Shown here piece by piece: positions 50,801 through 62,040 of a stretch of 64,000 bases of DNA. The notes below the pieces were generated by a model. The model saw only the letters and a list, made by a program, of their open reading frames with translations. It was not told the DNA's origin and did not search any database. The DNA comes from Nitrospirota bacterium (GTDB taxonomy: Bacteria > Nitrospirota > Thermodesulfovibrionia > Thermodesulfovibrionales > JdFR-86), in assembly GCA_963721805.1 (NCBI GenBank), contig CAVRJY010000001.1, positions 1-64,000 of the forward strand. Direction: 5' to 3'. Both the position numbers and the translations under genes were made by a program. Position 1 is the first letter of the stretch. Every line of letters begins with the position of its first letter.

Positions 50801-51650
50801 ATGTTTGCGATAATAGGCATAATAGCGGTTCTTGGGTGCGTCATCGGGGGATACCTGATGGAGCACGGCAACCTCTCGGTCCTGTTCCAGCCGCAGGAGC
50901 TGCTCATCATCGGCGGCGGCGCGACCGGCGCCCTGCTGATAGCTTCGCCCAAGCACGTCATAGCTCGGTATCCTGAGAAACTTCAAGGGCATATTCACCG
51001 GCTCGGCCATATCCAAGTCAGCGTACCTCGAACTGCTGGCGCTACTGAGCCTGATACTCTCCAAAATCCGCAAGGACGGCCTGATCTCGATCGAAGCCGA
51101 CATCGAGAACCCGACCAAGAGCGCGATATTCACGAAGTTCAAGACCGTGCTCAACAACAAGCACGCGCTTGAGTTCCTCTGCGACAACCTCAAGGTCATC
51201 ATCACGGCCAACATGCCGCCGCACGAGCTTGACAGCCTGATGGACATCGACATCGAGGCCCATCACCACGAGGAGATGACCCCGGCAACCAGCCTTGGGA
51301 CAACGGCCGACGGCCTGCCCGGCCTCGGTATCGTCGCCGCGGTCATGGGCGTCGTGCTCACGATGGGCAAGATCGACCAGCCCCCGAAGGTCCTCGGTGA
51401 GAGCATCGGCGCGGCGCTGGTCGGCACGTTCCTCGGCGTCCTGCTGTGCTACGGCTTTGTCGGCCCGATGTCCCAGAACATGACCCACGCCGCAAACGAA
51501 AAAGAGGTCTACCTGCAGGTCATAAAGGTCGTGCTCGTCGCGTTCGTCGGGGGCTCGGCCCCGCAGATGGCCGTCGAGAGCGGACGGCGCGCGATCCCCG
51601 GCTCCTCGCGCCCCTCGTTTAACGAGCTCGAAAAAGCCATAAGGAAGTAG
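50801..51650 (+). CDS. motA: Flagellar stator MotA (E. coli type), frameshift near 50965
   Basis: QPQELLIIGG, RKDGLISIE, LPGLGIVAAVMG, ALVGTFLG. Confidence 0.88.
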
Positions 51651-51663
51651 GTGCCCTATCATG

Positions 51664-51698
51664 CGCTGCAAGTTCTCGCAACGCTCGGATTTGCAGCG
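51664..51698. repeat. 35-bp REP-like hairpin (type C), copy 2
   Basis: CGCTGCAAGTTCTCGCAACGCTCGGATTTGCAGCG. Confidence 0.7.
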
Positions 51699-51753
51699 GC
51701 ACTTCGCTGAACCAGACCTGGTGCCGTTGCCGCGTACAGGGCATGGGTGGTAA

Positions 51754-52763
51754 ATGAAGGGCGCGAAGGTCATAATCAAGAAGGTCAAGAAGCGCGGCCA
51801 CGCGGGCGGCCACGGCGGCAGCTGGAAGGTCGCCTACGCGGACTTCGTCACGGCCATGATGGCCTTCTTCCTCCTGCTTTGGCTCCTCTCTATGGTATCC
51901 CCCGAAAAACGCGCGCGCCTTGCCGAGTACTTCAAGTTCTTCGCGATATTCGAGAAGTCCGGCAACGCTCGATGATGGACGGCAACATGAGCCTCGTCGG
52001 CGAGAGCTCGGGCGAGGCCCCGAAGGTCCCGGAGGAGTTCGGCAGCAGGAAGGAGGAGGTCCGCCCGGCGCAGGGCCAGACCCAGCTTCCGACCCCCGCT
52101 CCCCAGCAGCAGGACATCCAGAGCATGGAGCAGCAACTCCAGCAGAAGGCCCTCGACCAGAGCAAAGAGGCCCTGATGGAGAAGATCAAGCGCGAGATCG
52201 AGCGTAAGCTCGCGGAACTCAAAGACCAGGTCATTATCGACATCTTCGAGGGCGGCGTGCGCATACAGCTCGTGGACAAGGACAAAAAGCCTATGTTCGC
52301 GCTCGCAAGCGCCGAGCCCACGCCGGACGCAAAGCGCATCCTGCGCGTCATCGCGGACAACATCAACGGCCTCAATAACAAGATCGCGATCGAGGGCCAT
52401 ACGGACTCGCTCTCGTACGCCTCGGGGAAGTTCACTAACTGGGAGCTCTCGACCGAGCGCGCCTCGGCCGCGCGCAAGGAACTCGAGCGCGACGGCATGA
52501 GCCCGGACCGCCTGACCCGCGTTGCGGGATATGCCGCGACCGACCCGCTCATACCCGAAAACCCGGCCGACCCCCGCAACCGCCGCATCAGCATAATGCT
52601 CATGTTCCAGAAACCCAAGAGCCCGCCCTCATATGGCGAGGCCGACGGAGCATCGAAGCCGAGCATCTATAAGCCCGCACAGCGCACGGGCTCAACCGGC
52701 ACGATCTCGCTGGGCACCAAACTGGACGACGTGACCGAGATCAAGCCGGTCAAGAAGCCGTAA
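51754..52763 (+). CDS. motB: Flagellar stator MotB, frameshift near 51965
   Basis: HGGSWKVAYADFVTAMMAFF, EGHTD, NWELSTERA, NRRISI. Confidence 0.9.
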
Positions 52764-52791
52764 CCGCAATCGGCAAACCGCTACCTTTTTC

Positions 52792-53054
52792 AAAGCGCGC
52801 CAAATCGCTTGATACTTCGTTGGGCTTCAAAGACTCGCCCTCCATGTACGCCCAAGTACACCATCGGGCGGTCTTCTCGCCCTGCCTTGTCTGAAGCCGA
52901 TTTGGGCGCGCTTTCGGGGGGAGAGGAAGGGGGCCAGTCGGCCCCGCCCCCCGCGCCCCACAAGGTCAACGGCATTAGCTAGAGGTGAGCGCTTTGGCGC
53001 GATTAGTGAGAGGGCCAGTCGGCCCCGAATAGTGAGAGGTGCCCGTGGCACCCC
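52792..53054 (+). repeat. Rod-hairpin element (type A) with tail (to 52975) plus type D module
   Basis: Arms 52792-52914, GGTCAACGGCAT at 52964, GAGCGCTTTGGCGCGATTAGTGAG... at 52987. Confidence 0.9.
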
Positions 53055-53183
53055 TTATGCGCTTTTAAGGGCCGCGATATCGAGCTTGGTCATTTTAATC
53101 AAGGCCGCCATCACGCGCTCGGCCTTCGCTGCATCGCTGTTTTGCAGCAATTCGTCCAGAACGCTGGGGACGATCTTCTGCAT
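53055..53183 (-). pseudogene. Internally deleted PhnB/VOC-family gene (42 aa)
   Basis: AAGGAGG RBS + MQKIVPSVLDELLQNSDAAKAERVMAALIKMTKLDIAALKSA: a typical N-terminus joined to a typical C-terminus. Confidence 0.65.
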
Positions 53184-53337
53184 GCCAGCCTCCTTAGATG
53201 GTGTGATCCACAGATCTTAGTGCAAGACGAGGCCGGGCGCAATCAGGCTTGACAGCCCGCTTAATCGCCACTAGAATTCACTCAAGAGGCGGTTACTGCG
53301 ATACAAACAATCCTCACGAGTGCCGAAGGAGGCGTCA

Positions 53338-53709
53338 ATGACACACAACCCGGTCATCTGGTTCGAGATCTACGTGGAGGACATGGACAGGGCGACTCAT
53401 TTTTACAAGAACGTCTTTCAGGTCAAGCTGACCAAGATGGACATGCCCGGCATGCAGATGTGGGGCTTTCCGATGGAGATGAACCAGGTCGGCGCCGGAG
53501 GCGCGCTGGTGAAGATGGAAGGCATTCCGGTCGGCGGCAACAGCACGGTCGTCTACTTCGGCTGCGAGGACTGCGCGGTCGAGGAGTCGCGCGTGGTCGA
53601 GCACGGAGGCAGCGTCCATAAGCCCAAGTTCTCGATAGGCGAATACGGGTTTATCTCGCTGGTCATGGACCCGGAAGGCAATATGATCGGCCTGCACTCG
53701 ATGAAGTAG
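53338..53709 (+). CDS. VOC/glyoxalase family protein
   Basis: NPVIWFEIYVEDMDRA, GAGGALV, DPEGNMIGLHS. Confidence 0.9.
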   Translation: MTHNPVIWFEIYVEDMDRATHFYKNVFQVKLTKMDMPGMQMWGFPMEMNQVGAGGALVKMEGIPVGGNSTVVYFGCEDCAVEESRVVEHGGSVHKPKFSIGEYGFISLVMDPEGNMIGLHSMK

Positions 53710-53753
53710 GGGGCCGCGCCACCTGGCAACTATTCGCTGCTTGCCGCTCACTT

Positions 53754-53780
53754 AAAGGGGCCGTAAGGCCCCTTTTCTTT
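53754..53780. terminator. Intrinsic terminator, possibly bidirectional
   Basis: AAAGGGGCC-GTAA-GGCCCCTTTTCTTT between convergent genes. Confidence 0.78.
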
Positions 53781-53783
53781 CAA

Positions 53784-53850
53784 GGCTTCAAAGTCGCGCC
53801 CCCGGAGTGCGTCTCAGTACACCTGCGGGGCGCCGCGGGCACTTCCCTCC
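53784..53850 (+). repeat. Degenerate internal fragment of type B element
   Basis: GGCTTCAAAGTCGCGCCCCCGGAGTGCGTCTCAGTACACC...GGGCACTT matches the reverse of 18050-18115. Confidence 0.7.
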
Positions 53851-53879
53851 CCAGGCCCACCACTGAAGCCAGCCCCATT

Positions 53880-56564
53880 TCATTTGTCCAGGACTTCTCT
53901 TATCTTTTTTAACAGATCCTTAGGCGATACCGGTTTCATGATAAAATTCAATTCTTCTTTAAACATACTGTCCTTCTCTATCCTGTCCGCGGTGTACCCG
54001 CTGGAAAAGAGGGCTTTCAGATCGGGCCTCAAGTTTATCATGCTGTCATACGCCTCTTTGCCGCTTTTCCTGGGCATTATCATGTCAAGCATGACAAGCT
54101 GAATTTTATCTTTGTTGTCCATGAATTTATTTATTGCTTCCTCTCCGTCTTCAGCGAGAATTACGTTGTAGCCGTACGACTGCAGTACGGTTGAAAAGAG
54201 TTTTCTTAATGCGGCGTCATCCTCGGCAACGAGTATCGTCTCGGTCCCTCTCGATGGAAGCGGTTCGGCGGCTGTTTTGACAATGACTTCTTCCGTTGAT
54301 TTGATTGCCGGAAGATATATCCTGAATGTAGTTCCCTTTTCAGGCTCACTGTATACGTTTATATAACCGTTGTGCTGCTTTATTATGCCGTATGACATCG
54401 CAAGACCCAGCCCGGTGCCCTTCCCGACCTCCTTGGTAGTAAAGAAAGGCTCGAATATCTTGGACATTGTCTCTTTTCCCATCCCGCTGCCTGTGTCAGA
54501 GACGGAAATGACCGCAAACATTCCGGGCTCCCCGTAACCATGGGCTTGAATGAAGGTCTCGTCCAGTTCCACGAGTTGCGTGTCCAGGGTCAGCTGTCCT
54601 CCGTGTGGCATGGCATCCCTCGCGTTCATCGCAAGGTTCAGGAGCACCTGCTCTATCTGGCCGGCGTCCGCCATACTGATCGCTTCTTTTCCGGCGAAGT
54701 GCGTGCTCAGCTCGATATCCTCGCCGATCAGCCTGGAGAGTAACTTCCCGAACCGCTGCATCAAGGCGTTTATATTTACAGGCTTGGGATTCAATATCTG
54801 TTTTCTGCTGAAGGCAAGAAGGCTGTATGTGATCTCAGCGGCCCTGTCTGCCGATGTGAGTATCAGGTCCACGTATTCTCTCAGGGGGTCTTCGCTCTTA
54901 ATGTCCGCCTGAAGGAGACTTCCATAGCCCATGATTGCCTGCAGGATATTGTTGAAGTCATGCGCGATCCCTCCGGCAAGAAGCCCGACGGATTCCATCT
55001 TCTGGGCCTGGAGAAGTTGCTCTTCGAGATTGTTGCGTTCCGTGAGGTCTCTGCCTACGCCGCTTATGCCTATCGGCTTCCCTGTATGGTCCCTGAGCAG
55101 TGCGGCTTTGAATTCATGGGGGATCTGCTTACCCTCTTTAGTGACAACCGCGGCATCAAGCGTGGCGCTGCCTTCGCTAACCGCCTTCCCAAAGGCCTCG
55201 GATACCCGCACTATATCATCGTTTCGGAAGAAATCAGTAACCTTCATCAGGGCGATTTCGCTGTCGGTGTAGCCTATGACCTCATTCATTGCCTTATTCC
55301 ACCTGATGAACCTTCCATCCAAATCAAAGACAAAGAATATGTCATTCAGTGTGTTTAGCGCATCTTCAATAAACGTCTTTTCTTTTTTAAGCGTTTCCTC
55401 GGCCAGCTTCCGATCGGTGACATCGCGAATATTGCATTGTGCCAGCCTTGCCCTGTCGACCATGTATATGTCCGCGAAGATATCTTGCCCTGACTTGGTT
55501 TTTATCGAAACTTCATCGTAATTAATAATGGAGCTCTTGCCCAAAGCCTGCATTATCGCCGGGAAGTCACTCGTGTCCAGCGACACGCCGATTTCCTGAA
55601 GCTGTTTCCCGACCGACTCCTCTTCGGAATAGCCCAACATCTTCTTGGTGGCCGGATTCACATGGACTATAGTCCCCGCGTGTTTTTCGAGGAGCACTAT
55701 CCCGTCGCTTGCGGTCTCAAAAATTCTCCTGTATTGCTCTTCGGAGTCTGTTAACAAGTCTTCCAGGCGCTTGCGCTCTGTGATGTCCTCGATGGCGAGA
55801 AGGATGATCCGCTCTTTCCCGGACGCTCTTTTGATCTGCCGGGCGTTTAACAGCATTATGCGCCTGCCGATGTCAGAAAAATCGTGTTCAACCTCATAGT
55901 CGTCAAAGGTGGCCTTCTGTGGGAGGATGTTCTCCAGCAGCTCCCGCAGGCTCGGGATGTCCCACTGCTTGTTGCCGAGGTCATAGATAAGCTGTCCCAC
56001 GGTCTCGGTGGGGTTTACCTTAAAGACCTCATAGAAGGAGCGGCTGGCGGAGACCACCCTCAGGTCCTGGTCCAGGGCGATTAAGGGCTCGCGCACGGTA
56101 TTGATGATGTTCACGGCGTATTCGCGCGCTTCGTCCACGGTTATTTTAGCCGACTGCAGCTCTATGCGGGCTTTTTCGAGCCCGTTTTCTATCTCCTTGC
56201 GCTCGGTGATGTCCTCGATGGCGAGAAGGATTATCGGCAGCGCGTCTTTCTTTTCCCTGATTTTGCAGGCGTTAAGGAGCATGGTCTTCTGCCCGATGCT
56301 CTCAAAAACATGTTCGATTTCGTAGTCATCGACCGTGTCGTTCTTCGAGAGGATATCCTCAAGCAGCACGCGGAGGTACGGGATGTCCCATTGTCCGTTT
56401 CCGAGTTCGTATAAAAGAGAGCCGATCGTATTAGCGGAATCCACCTTGAAGATTTTGAAGAAACTGCGATTGGCCGACAGGACTCTCATGTTTTCATCCA
56501 GTATGAGAATGGCCTCGCGAACCGTGTTAAAAATGTTCCTGAAATAGTCGTCCTGGATTAACAC
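53880..56564 (-). CDS. Multi-PAS hybrid sensor kinase/response regulator
   Basis: Four PAS units, AGGIAHDFNN, NARDAM, PFFTTK, GTGLGL, C-terminal REC; visibly lower GC than the flanks. Confidence 0.92.
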   Translation of the reverse strand: MLIQDDYFRNIFNTVREAILILDENMRVLSANRSFFKIFKVDSANTIGSLLYELGNGQWDIPYLRVLLEDILSKNDTVDDYEIEHVFESIGQKTMLLNACKIREKKDALPIILLAIEDITERKEIENGLEKARIELQSAKITVDEAREYAVNIINTVREPLIALDQDLRVVSASRSFYEVFKVNPTETVGQLIYDLGNKQWDIPSLRELLENILPQKATFDDYEVEHDFSDIGRRIMLLNARQIKRASGKERIILLAIEDITERKRLEDLLTDSEEQYRRIFETASDGIVLLEKHAGTIVHVNPATKKMLGYSEEESVGKQLQEIGVSLDTSDFPAIMQALGKSSIINYDEVSIKTKSGQDIFADIYMVDRARLAQCNIRDVTDRKLAEETLKKEKTFIEDALNTLNDIFFVFDLDGRFIRWNKAMNEVIGYTDSEIALMKVTDFFRNDDIVRVSEAFGKAVSEGSATLDAAVVTKEGKQIPHEFKAALLRDHTGKPIGISGVGRDLTERNNLEEQLLQAQKMESVGLLAGGIAHDFNNILQAIMGYGSLLQADIKSEDPLREYVDLILTSADRAAEITYSLLAFSRKQILNPKPVNINALMQRFGKLLSRLIGEDIELSTHFAGKEAISMADAGQIEQVLLNLAMNARDAMPHGGQLTLDTQLVELDETFIQAHGYGEPGMFAVISVSDTGSGMGKETMSKIFEPFFTTKEVGKGTGLGLAMSYGIIKQHNGYINVYSEPEKGTTFRIYLPAIKSTEEVIVKTAAEPLPSRGTETILVAEDDAALRKLFSTVLQSYGYNVILAEDGEEAINKFMDNKDKIQLVMLDMIMPRKSGKEAYDSMINLRPDLKALFSSGYTADRIEKDSMFKEELNFIMKPVSPKDLLKKIREVLDK

Positions 56565-56654
56565 CTATCCGCTCCGGTCATGAAACAATAAATATACTGT
56601 GCCCACACCTCATGTTAGTCCAATCCGCATGCCTTTGCAAGCAGCGTGCGGCCT

Positions 56655-56717
56655 AGTGCGTGCTCCGGGGACGATTTTCGAGCGGTGGCGCATTATCACG
56701 CAAGTTTAGGGCGCTTT
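56655..56717 (-). repeat. Degenerate left arm of type B element
   Basis: Reverse strand AAAGCGCCCTAAACTTGCGTGATAATGCGCCAC...AAAATCGTCCCCGGAGCAC. Confidence 0.65.
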
Positions 56718-56725
56718 GAAGAAAG

Positions 56726-59185
56726 CTATCGAGAGCGGGGTGAGGGTGGAACAGGCGGCGTGTGCGGGGCGGGCGGAGTTGGCGGCACATTCGGCTGGTT
56801 CTGGCTCGCGGGAACGAGCGGGTTCGCTGCGGTGAGAGGGTTCTCGCGTTCCCTCGTGCGCCATATCGTGGTCGAGCTTTCCTTCGGCTCGGAGCCCTCG
56901 CGGAAGTATTCCGTATACGCGTCCTGCGTCCAGCGCGTGGCGAGCTTTCCGGTCTCGGGGTCGATCTGCCGCGTGACGATGCCCTCGGGGACATCGAAGT
57001 CCACCGGCTTGCCGCGCGAGGGGACGCTCTGCATGAAGTTCACCCAGATCGGCGCGGCGGCCCCGCCGCCCGTTGCTCCGGTCTCTGCCGAGCCCAGGGG
57101 CTTCATCTCGTCAAACCCGACCCATACGGCCGCCAGCATCTCGGTCGTGAACCCCACGAACCAGGCGTCCTTGAAGTCGTTCGTCGTGCCGGTCTTGCCG
57201 GCCACGGGGCGGCCGAGGGCGCGCGCCGCGCCTCCGGTGCCGAACTGCACGACGTCGCGCATCATCGAGCCCACGAGGTATGCGCTCTGCGGGTCGACGG
57301 CCTGCACGGGGTCGGCCTTCGGCAGCGGCAGGATGTTGCCCGAGGCGTCCTTGACGTATTTTATGCCGACCGGCTCGACCTTGAGCCCGCCGTTTGCGAG
57401 CACGTCGTATACCGAGGTCAGCTCCAGGGGCGTGAGGCTCAGCGAGCCGAGCGCGATCGTGAAGTTGCGGGGCATTGCCGTGCGCACGCCCATGCGCGAG
57501 GCGGTATCGAGCACGCGGTCTATGCCGAGGGCCTCGACGAGCCTGACCGAGACGACGTTTACGGAGTGCGTGAGGGCCTCGCGCAGCCGCGTCGGGCCGT
57601 GGTATTTGCCGTCGAAGTTCTTGGGCGACCAGACCGAGCCGTCGGGGTTTCTAAACTTGATCTCCTCGTCGTTGACCAGGCTTGCCGGGGTGAACGAGCC
57701 GCTCTCCATGGCCGAGGTGTAGATCACCGGCTTGAAGGCCGAGCCGACCTGGCGCGAGGCGTTTATCGCCCGGTTAAACTGGCTCTTCGAGTAGTCAGGG
57801 CCGCCGACCAGCGCGCGGATATAGCCTGTATCCGGCTCCATCGCGACGAGCGCGGACTGGACGTCAGGCTCCTGATCGAGGCTGAACTCGGCGCGCCCGG
57901 GGGTGTTGAGCTTGACCGCCACCTCGATCACGTCGCCGGGGTGCAGCAGCTCGCGCAGCCTCACGCGGCCCTTGTGCACCGTCCGCTGGCGCTTCGGGTC
58001 GAACACGGCCTCGGCCCACTGGCAGTCCTTCTCGGCCAGCCGTCCGGTCAGGGCCTCGGTATGCACCGTGGCCGCGCCGTCGCTGACGCTCATGACCGTG
58101 CCGCGCAGGATCTCGCCGGGGACCGGATTTTTGAATACGAGCGAGGGCTTGACGTTGCCCTTGGCCTCCAGCGACTTGAGGTCGCGGTGGCCCATCGGGC
58201 CGCGCCAGCCGCGGCGCTTGTCGAACGCGCGCAGGCCGGAACGGATCGCTGATTCGGCCGCGTGCTGCATGCGGCGGTCCATCGTGGTATAGACGCGCAG
58301 GCCGCCGCGGAAGACCGCTTCCTCGCCGTATTCCTTAAGCGCGATGCCCTTTACGTAGTCGATGAAATAGTTGTTCTCGCCGCCCTCGGAGGCGCGCGAC
58401 GAGAGCGAGACCGGCGACTGCTCGGCCTCGACCCTCTGGCGGCGGGTGATGAAGCCGACCTCCTCCATGCGCTGCAGGACGGTCTGCTGCCTGGCGCGCG
58501 AGCGCTCGATGTCGTTAAACGGCGAGAACGAGCTCGGGGCCTTCAGCAGCCCGGCGATCATCGCGGCCTCGGGCAGCGTCAGGCGCTTGGCGTCCTTGTT
58601 GAAGTAGGCGTGCGCGGCCATCTGCACCCCGTACGCCCCGGAGCCGAGGTAGACCTTGTTTAGGTAGTACTCGAGGATCTCCTCCTTGCTCATGCTCTGC
58701 TCGATGCGGCGGGCTAGGATGAGTTCCTTGATCTTGCGGGTGAAGGTCTTCTCGGAAGACAGGAGGGTGTTCTTGGCCAGCTGCTGCGTGATCGTGCTGC
58801 CGCCCTCCCTGAGCTGGCCCTTCGTGATGTCTATGAACGCGGCGCGCAGGATCGCCATGTAGTCGATGCCCCCGTGGCGCCAGAAGCTCTCGTCCTCGAC
58901 CGCGACGACCGCGTTTATCATCTGCGGCGAGATGTCCTGGAGCTTGACGTACACGCCCTGCGAGGGCTTTATCTCCCCTATCAACGTGCCGTCGTCCGCG
59001 TAGACCTTCGTGCCGGGGGCCTCCGGGCCCTGCCGCAGTTCGGCTATCGAGGGGATCGTGCGCGAGAAGGAGTAGTACATGCCGATGCCGATGCCGATTA
59101 CCGCCGGCACGAGCACGAACAGGAGGATAACGAGGACCACACCCCCCTTTGCGGGGCGGGGGTCATGTCTGTGGATCAAGCCCAT
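56726..59185 (-). CDS. mrcA: Penicillin-binding protein 1A
   Basis: TM anchor, EDESFWRHGG, GGSTITQQLAK, RKIKE, SAFK, SVN, KTGT. Confidence 0.93.
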   Translation of the reverse strand: MGLIHRHDPRPAKGGVVLVILLFVLVPAVIGIGIGMYYSFSRTIPSIAELRQGPEAPGTKVYADDGTLIGEIKPSQGVYVKLQDISPQMINAVVAVEDESFWRHGGIDYMAILRAAFIDITKGQLREGGSTITQQLAKNTLLSSEKTFTRKIKELILARRIEQSMSKEEILEYYLNKVYLGSGAYGVQMAAHAYFNKDAKRLTLPEAAMIAGLLKAPSSFSPFNDIERSRARQQTVLQRMEEVGFITRRQRVEAEQSPVSLSSRASEGGENNYFIDYVKGIALKEYGEEAVFRGGLRVYTTMDRRMQHAAESAIRSGLRAFDKRRGWRGPMGHRDLKSLEAKGNVKPSLVFKNPVPGEILRGTVMSVSDGAATVHTEALTGRLAEKDCQWAEAVFDPKRQRTVHKGRVRLRELLHPGDVIEVAVKLNTPGRAEFSLDQEPDVQSALVAMEPDTGYIRALVGGPDYSKSQFNRAINASRQVGSAFKPVIYTSAMESGSFTPASLVNDEEIKFRNPDGSVWSPKNFDGKYHGPTRLREALTHSVNVVSVRLVEALGIDRVLDTASRMGVRTAMPRNFTIALGSLSLTPLELTSVYDVLANGGLKVEPVGIKYVKDASGNILPLPKADPVQAVDPQSAYLVGSMMRDVVQFGTGGAARALGRPVAGKTGTTNDFKDAWFVGFTTEMLAAVWVGFDEMKPLGSAETGATGGGAAAPIWVNFMQSVPSRGKPVDFDVPEGIVTRQIDPETGKLATRWTQDAYTEYFREGSEPKESSTTIWRTRERENPLTAANPLVPASQNQPNVPPTPPAPHTPPVPPSPRSR

Positions 59186-59314
59186 CGAAGAATTATAACA
59201 CCCCCGCATCAGCCGGGGCCAACCGGGTGCATCGAGGCATCCCGCCCGCATATGCAGTTACGCATTCAGGCATATGGTGATAGGATGTGTATATATATTG
59301 GAAAGGAGACGGTC

Positions 59315-59545
59315 ATGGGCTACGGCGATTATGGCATGAACATGAGATGGTTCGGGTGGATAGGCATGCTGGCCTTCTGGTTGCTGGTAATCATTGTGGT
59401 AGTGCTTTTGATCCGGTGGATCATAGTGTCGTTGAACCGGGGGGCCGGTGGCGCAAAGGGCCCGCTCGATATCCTCAAGAAGCGCTACGCCAAAGGCGAG
59501 ATAACCAAGGAGGAGTTCGAGGAGAAAAAAAAGGACCTCGGATAG
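59315..59545 (+). CDS. SHOCT-domain membrane protein
   Basis: TM helix + [31 protein letters not shown]. Confidence 0.88.
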   Translation: MGYGDYGMNMRWFGWIGMLAFWLLVIIVVVLLIRWIIVSLNRGAGGAKGPLDILKKRYAKGEITKEEFEEKKKDLG

Positions 59546-59549
59546 GCCC

Positions 59550-61949
59550 ATGAAGGTAACAGACCCCGTCTGCGGGATGGCCATGGAGGACAAGGACGCC
59601 GCCGGGACATCCTCGTATAAGGGCTCGACCTATTATTTCTGCTCCCCGAATTGCAAAGAGAAGTTCGACAGGGGCCCGGCATCTTATGCCATCGAAAAAC
59701 CCCCGGCGCAGCCAGCCGCAAGCACTGCGCTCTACACCTGCCCGATGCACACCGACGTGCGCTCTGACAAACCGGGGACGTGCCCCAAGTGCGGGATGGC
59801 CCTTGAGCCGGTTGCCGCGGCGATGCCTGCTGCCAAGACCGAGTGGGTCTGCCCGATGCACCCCGAGGTCGTACGCGACGCGCCCGGAAGCTGCCCGATC
59901 TGCGGCATGGCCCTTGAGCCGAAGACGGTCATGCCCGAGGAGGTGGAAAACCCCGAGCTCACGGACATGAAGCGCCGGTTTATTGCGAGCGTAGCGCTTA
60001 CGGTCCCGGTCTTCCTTATCGCGATGAGCGGTATCATTCCGGGGCTCGGCGTGCTGGAGGACATCATCCCGCGCGAGTTCATGAAATGGATCGAGCTGAT
60101 CCTTGCCACGCCGGTCGTCCTCTGGGGCGGCTGGCCGTTTTTCGTACGCGGCTGGCAGTCGGTCATAAACCGGAGCCCGAACATGTTCACGCTTATCGGC
60201 CTCGGCACGGGGGTAGGGTATGCCTACAGCGTCGCCGCGACCGTAGCGCCAGGCATATTCCCCGAGTCCTTCCGCCGTGGCGGAGAGGTCGAAGTGTATT
60301 TCGAGGCCTCGGCGGTCATCGTCACGCTCGTCCTGCTCGGGCAGGTGCTGGAGCTCATGGCCAGAGGCAGGACAGGGGCCGCGATCAAGGCCCTCCTGGG
60401 CCTCGCGCCCAAGACCGCCCGCCGCATCAAGGACGGCTCCGAGGAGGACGTCCCCCTCGATACCGTCAGCCCAGGCGACCTCCTGCGGGTGCGCCCCGGC
60501 GAGAAGGTGCCTGTAGACGGCGTGGTCACCGAGGGCTCAAGCCCGGTGGACGAGTCGATGGTCACCGGAGAGCCCATCCCGGTGGGGAAGAAAGCAGGCG
60601 ACCATATTATCGGCGCCACGATTAACGGCACCGGCTCGCTCGTGATGCGTGCCGAGAAGGTCGGAGCCGAGACCCTGCTTGCGCAGATCGTCCGCATGGT
60701 GGCCGAGGCGCAGCGGAGCCGGGCCCCGATCCAGAAGCTGGCCGATACGGTAGGCGGGTATTTCGTGCAGGCAGTGATCGCGGCCGCGGCCCTGACATTC
60801 GCTGTCTGGGCATGGATCGGCCCCGAGCCCCGGATGGCCTTCGCACTCATAAACGCGGTCGCGGTCCTGATCATAGCCTGCCCCTGCGCGCTGGGGCTCG
60901 CAACGCCTATGTCGATCATGGTAGCGATGGGCAAGGGCGCGACGGCGGGGGTGCTTTTTAAGGACGCCGAGGCGGTCGAGATCGCGCGGAAGGTCGACAC
61001 GCTCGTCGTGGACAAGACAGGCACGCTGACCGAGGGAAGGCCGAAGCTCGTCGAGGTCTCACCGGCCGCCGGGTTTGACGAAAATACGGTGCTTCGCTTG
61101 GCGGCCAGCCTAGAGCAGGGCAGCGAGCACCCTCTGGGTGCTGCCATTCTAAAAGGCGCGGCTGAGCGGGGCATTAAACCCGCACGCGTGGAGTCCTTCG
61201 AGTCCGTAACCGGGGAGGGCGTAAAGGGAGGAGTCGAAGGCCGCGAGGTCGCGCTCGGCAACGCGAAGCTCATTGAGGGGCTGGGCATTGCGCCCGGCGA
61301 GCTCTCCTCTAAGGCCGAGGCGATGCGCACCGGGGGCCAGACCGCTATGTTCCTCGCGGTGGACGGCAAACCGGCAGGGCTCCTTGGCGTCGCCAACCCG
61401 ATTAAGGCGACCACGCCCGAGGCCATAGAGGGGCTTCATGCAGAGGGCGTCCGCATAGTGATGCTCACCGGCGACAGCCGCACCACGGCCGAGGCGGTCT
61501 CGAGAAAGCTCGGCATAGACGAGACGGTCGCGGAGATAATGCCCGACCAGAAGGCCGAGATCGTAAAGCGCCTGCAGGCCGAAGGCCGGATCGTGGCCAT
61601 GGCGGGCGACGGGATCAACGACGCCCCGGCCCTCGCCCAGGCCCACGTCGGCATCGCGATGGGCACGGGCACGGACGTTGCCATGCAGAGCGCGGGCGTG
61701 ACGCTCGTCAAAGGCGACCTGCGCGGCATCCTCAGGGCAAGGCGGCTGAGCCGGGCGACGATGCGCAACATAAGGCAAAACCTCTTTTGGGCCTTCATCT
61801 ACAACGCCCTGGGCGTGCCTGTGGCGGCAGGCGTGCTATATCCCTTTTTCGGCATCCTCCTGAGCCCTATGATCGCGGCCGCGGCGATGAGCTTCAGCTC
61901 GGTCTCGGTCATCGGAAACGCGCTCAGGCTCAGGCGGGCCAAGCTGTGA
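59550..61949 (+). CDS. copA: Cu(+)-transporting P1B ATPase with YHS and two CPMH metal-binding domains
   Basis: DPVCGM, YTCPMH/WVCPMH, TGE, CPCALG, DKTGT, SEHP, GDGIND, YN, MSFSS. Confidence 0.93.
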   Translation: MKVTDPVCGMAMEDKDAAGTSSYKGSTYYFCSPNCKEKFDRGPASYAIEKPPAQPAASTALYTCPMHTDVRSDKPGTCPKCGMALEPVAAAMPAAKTEWVCPMHPEVVRDAPGSCPICGMALEPKTVMPEEVENPELTDMKRRFIASVALTVPVFLIAMSGIIPGLGVLEDIIPREFMKWIELILATPVVLWGGWPFFVRGWQSVINRSPNMFTLIGLGTGVGYAYSVAATVAPGIFPESFRRGGEVEVYFEASAVIVTLVLLGQVLELMARGRTGAAIKALLGLAPKTARRIKDGSEEDVPLDTVSPGDLLRVRPGEKVPVDGVVTEGSSPVDESMVTGEPIPVGKKAGDHIIGATINGTGSLVMRAEKVGAETLLAQIVRMVAEAQRSRAPIQKLADTVGGYFVQAVIAAAALTFAVWAWIGPEPRMAFALINAVAVLIIACPCALGLATPMSIMVAMGKGATAGVLFKDAEAVEIARKVDTLVVDKTGTLTEGRPKLVEVSPAAGFDENTVLRLAASLEQGSEHPLGAAILKGAAERGIKPARVESFESVTGEGVKGGVEGREVALGNAKLIEGLGIAPGELSSKAEAMRTGGQTAMFLAVDGKPAGLLGVANPIKATTPEAIEGLHAEGVRIVMLTGDSRTTAEAVSRKLGIDETVAEIMPDQKAEIVKRLQAEGRIVAMAGDGINDAPALAQAHVGIAMGTGTDVAMQSAGVTLVKGDLRGILRARRLSRATMRNIRQNLFWAFIYNALGVPVAAGVLYPFFGILLSPMIAAAAMSFSSVSVIGNALRLRRAKL

Positions 61950-62040
61950 TAGAAGGGGCAACCGCCCCCTTGTATAGCGTAAGGCAAGGTTGAGCAGCAC
62001 ACGTGTGGCACCGCGAACAGAAAAGGGGGCACCCGGCCCC

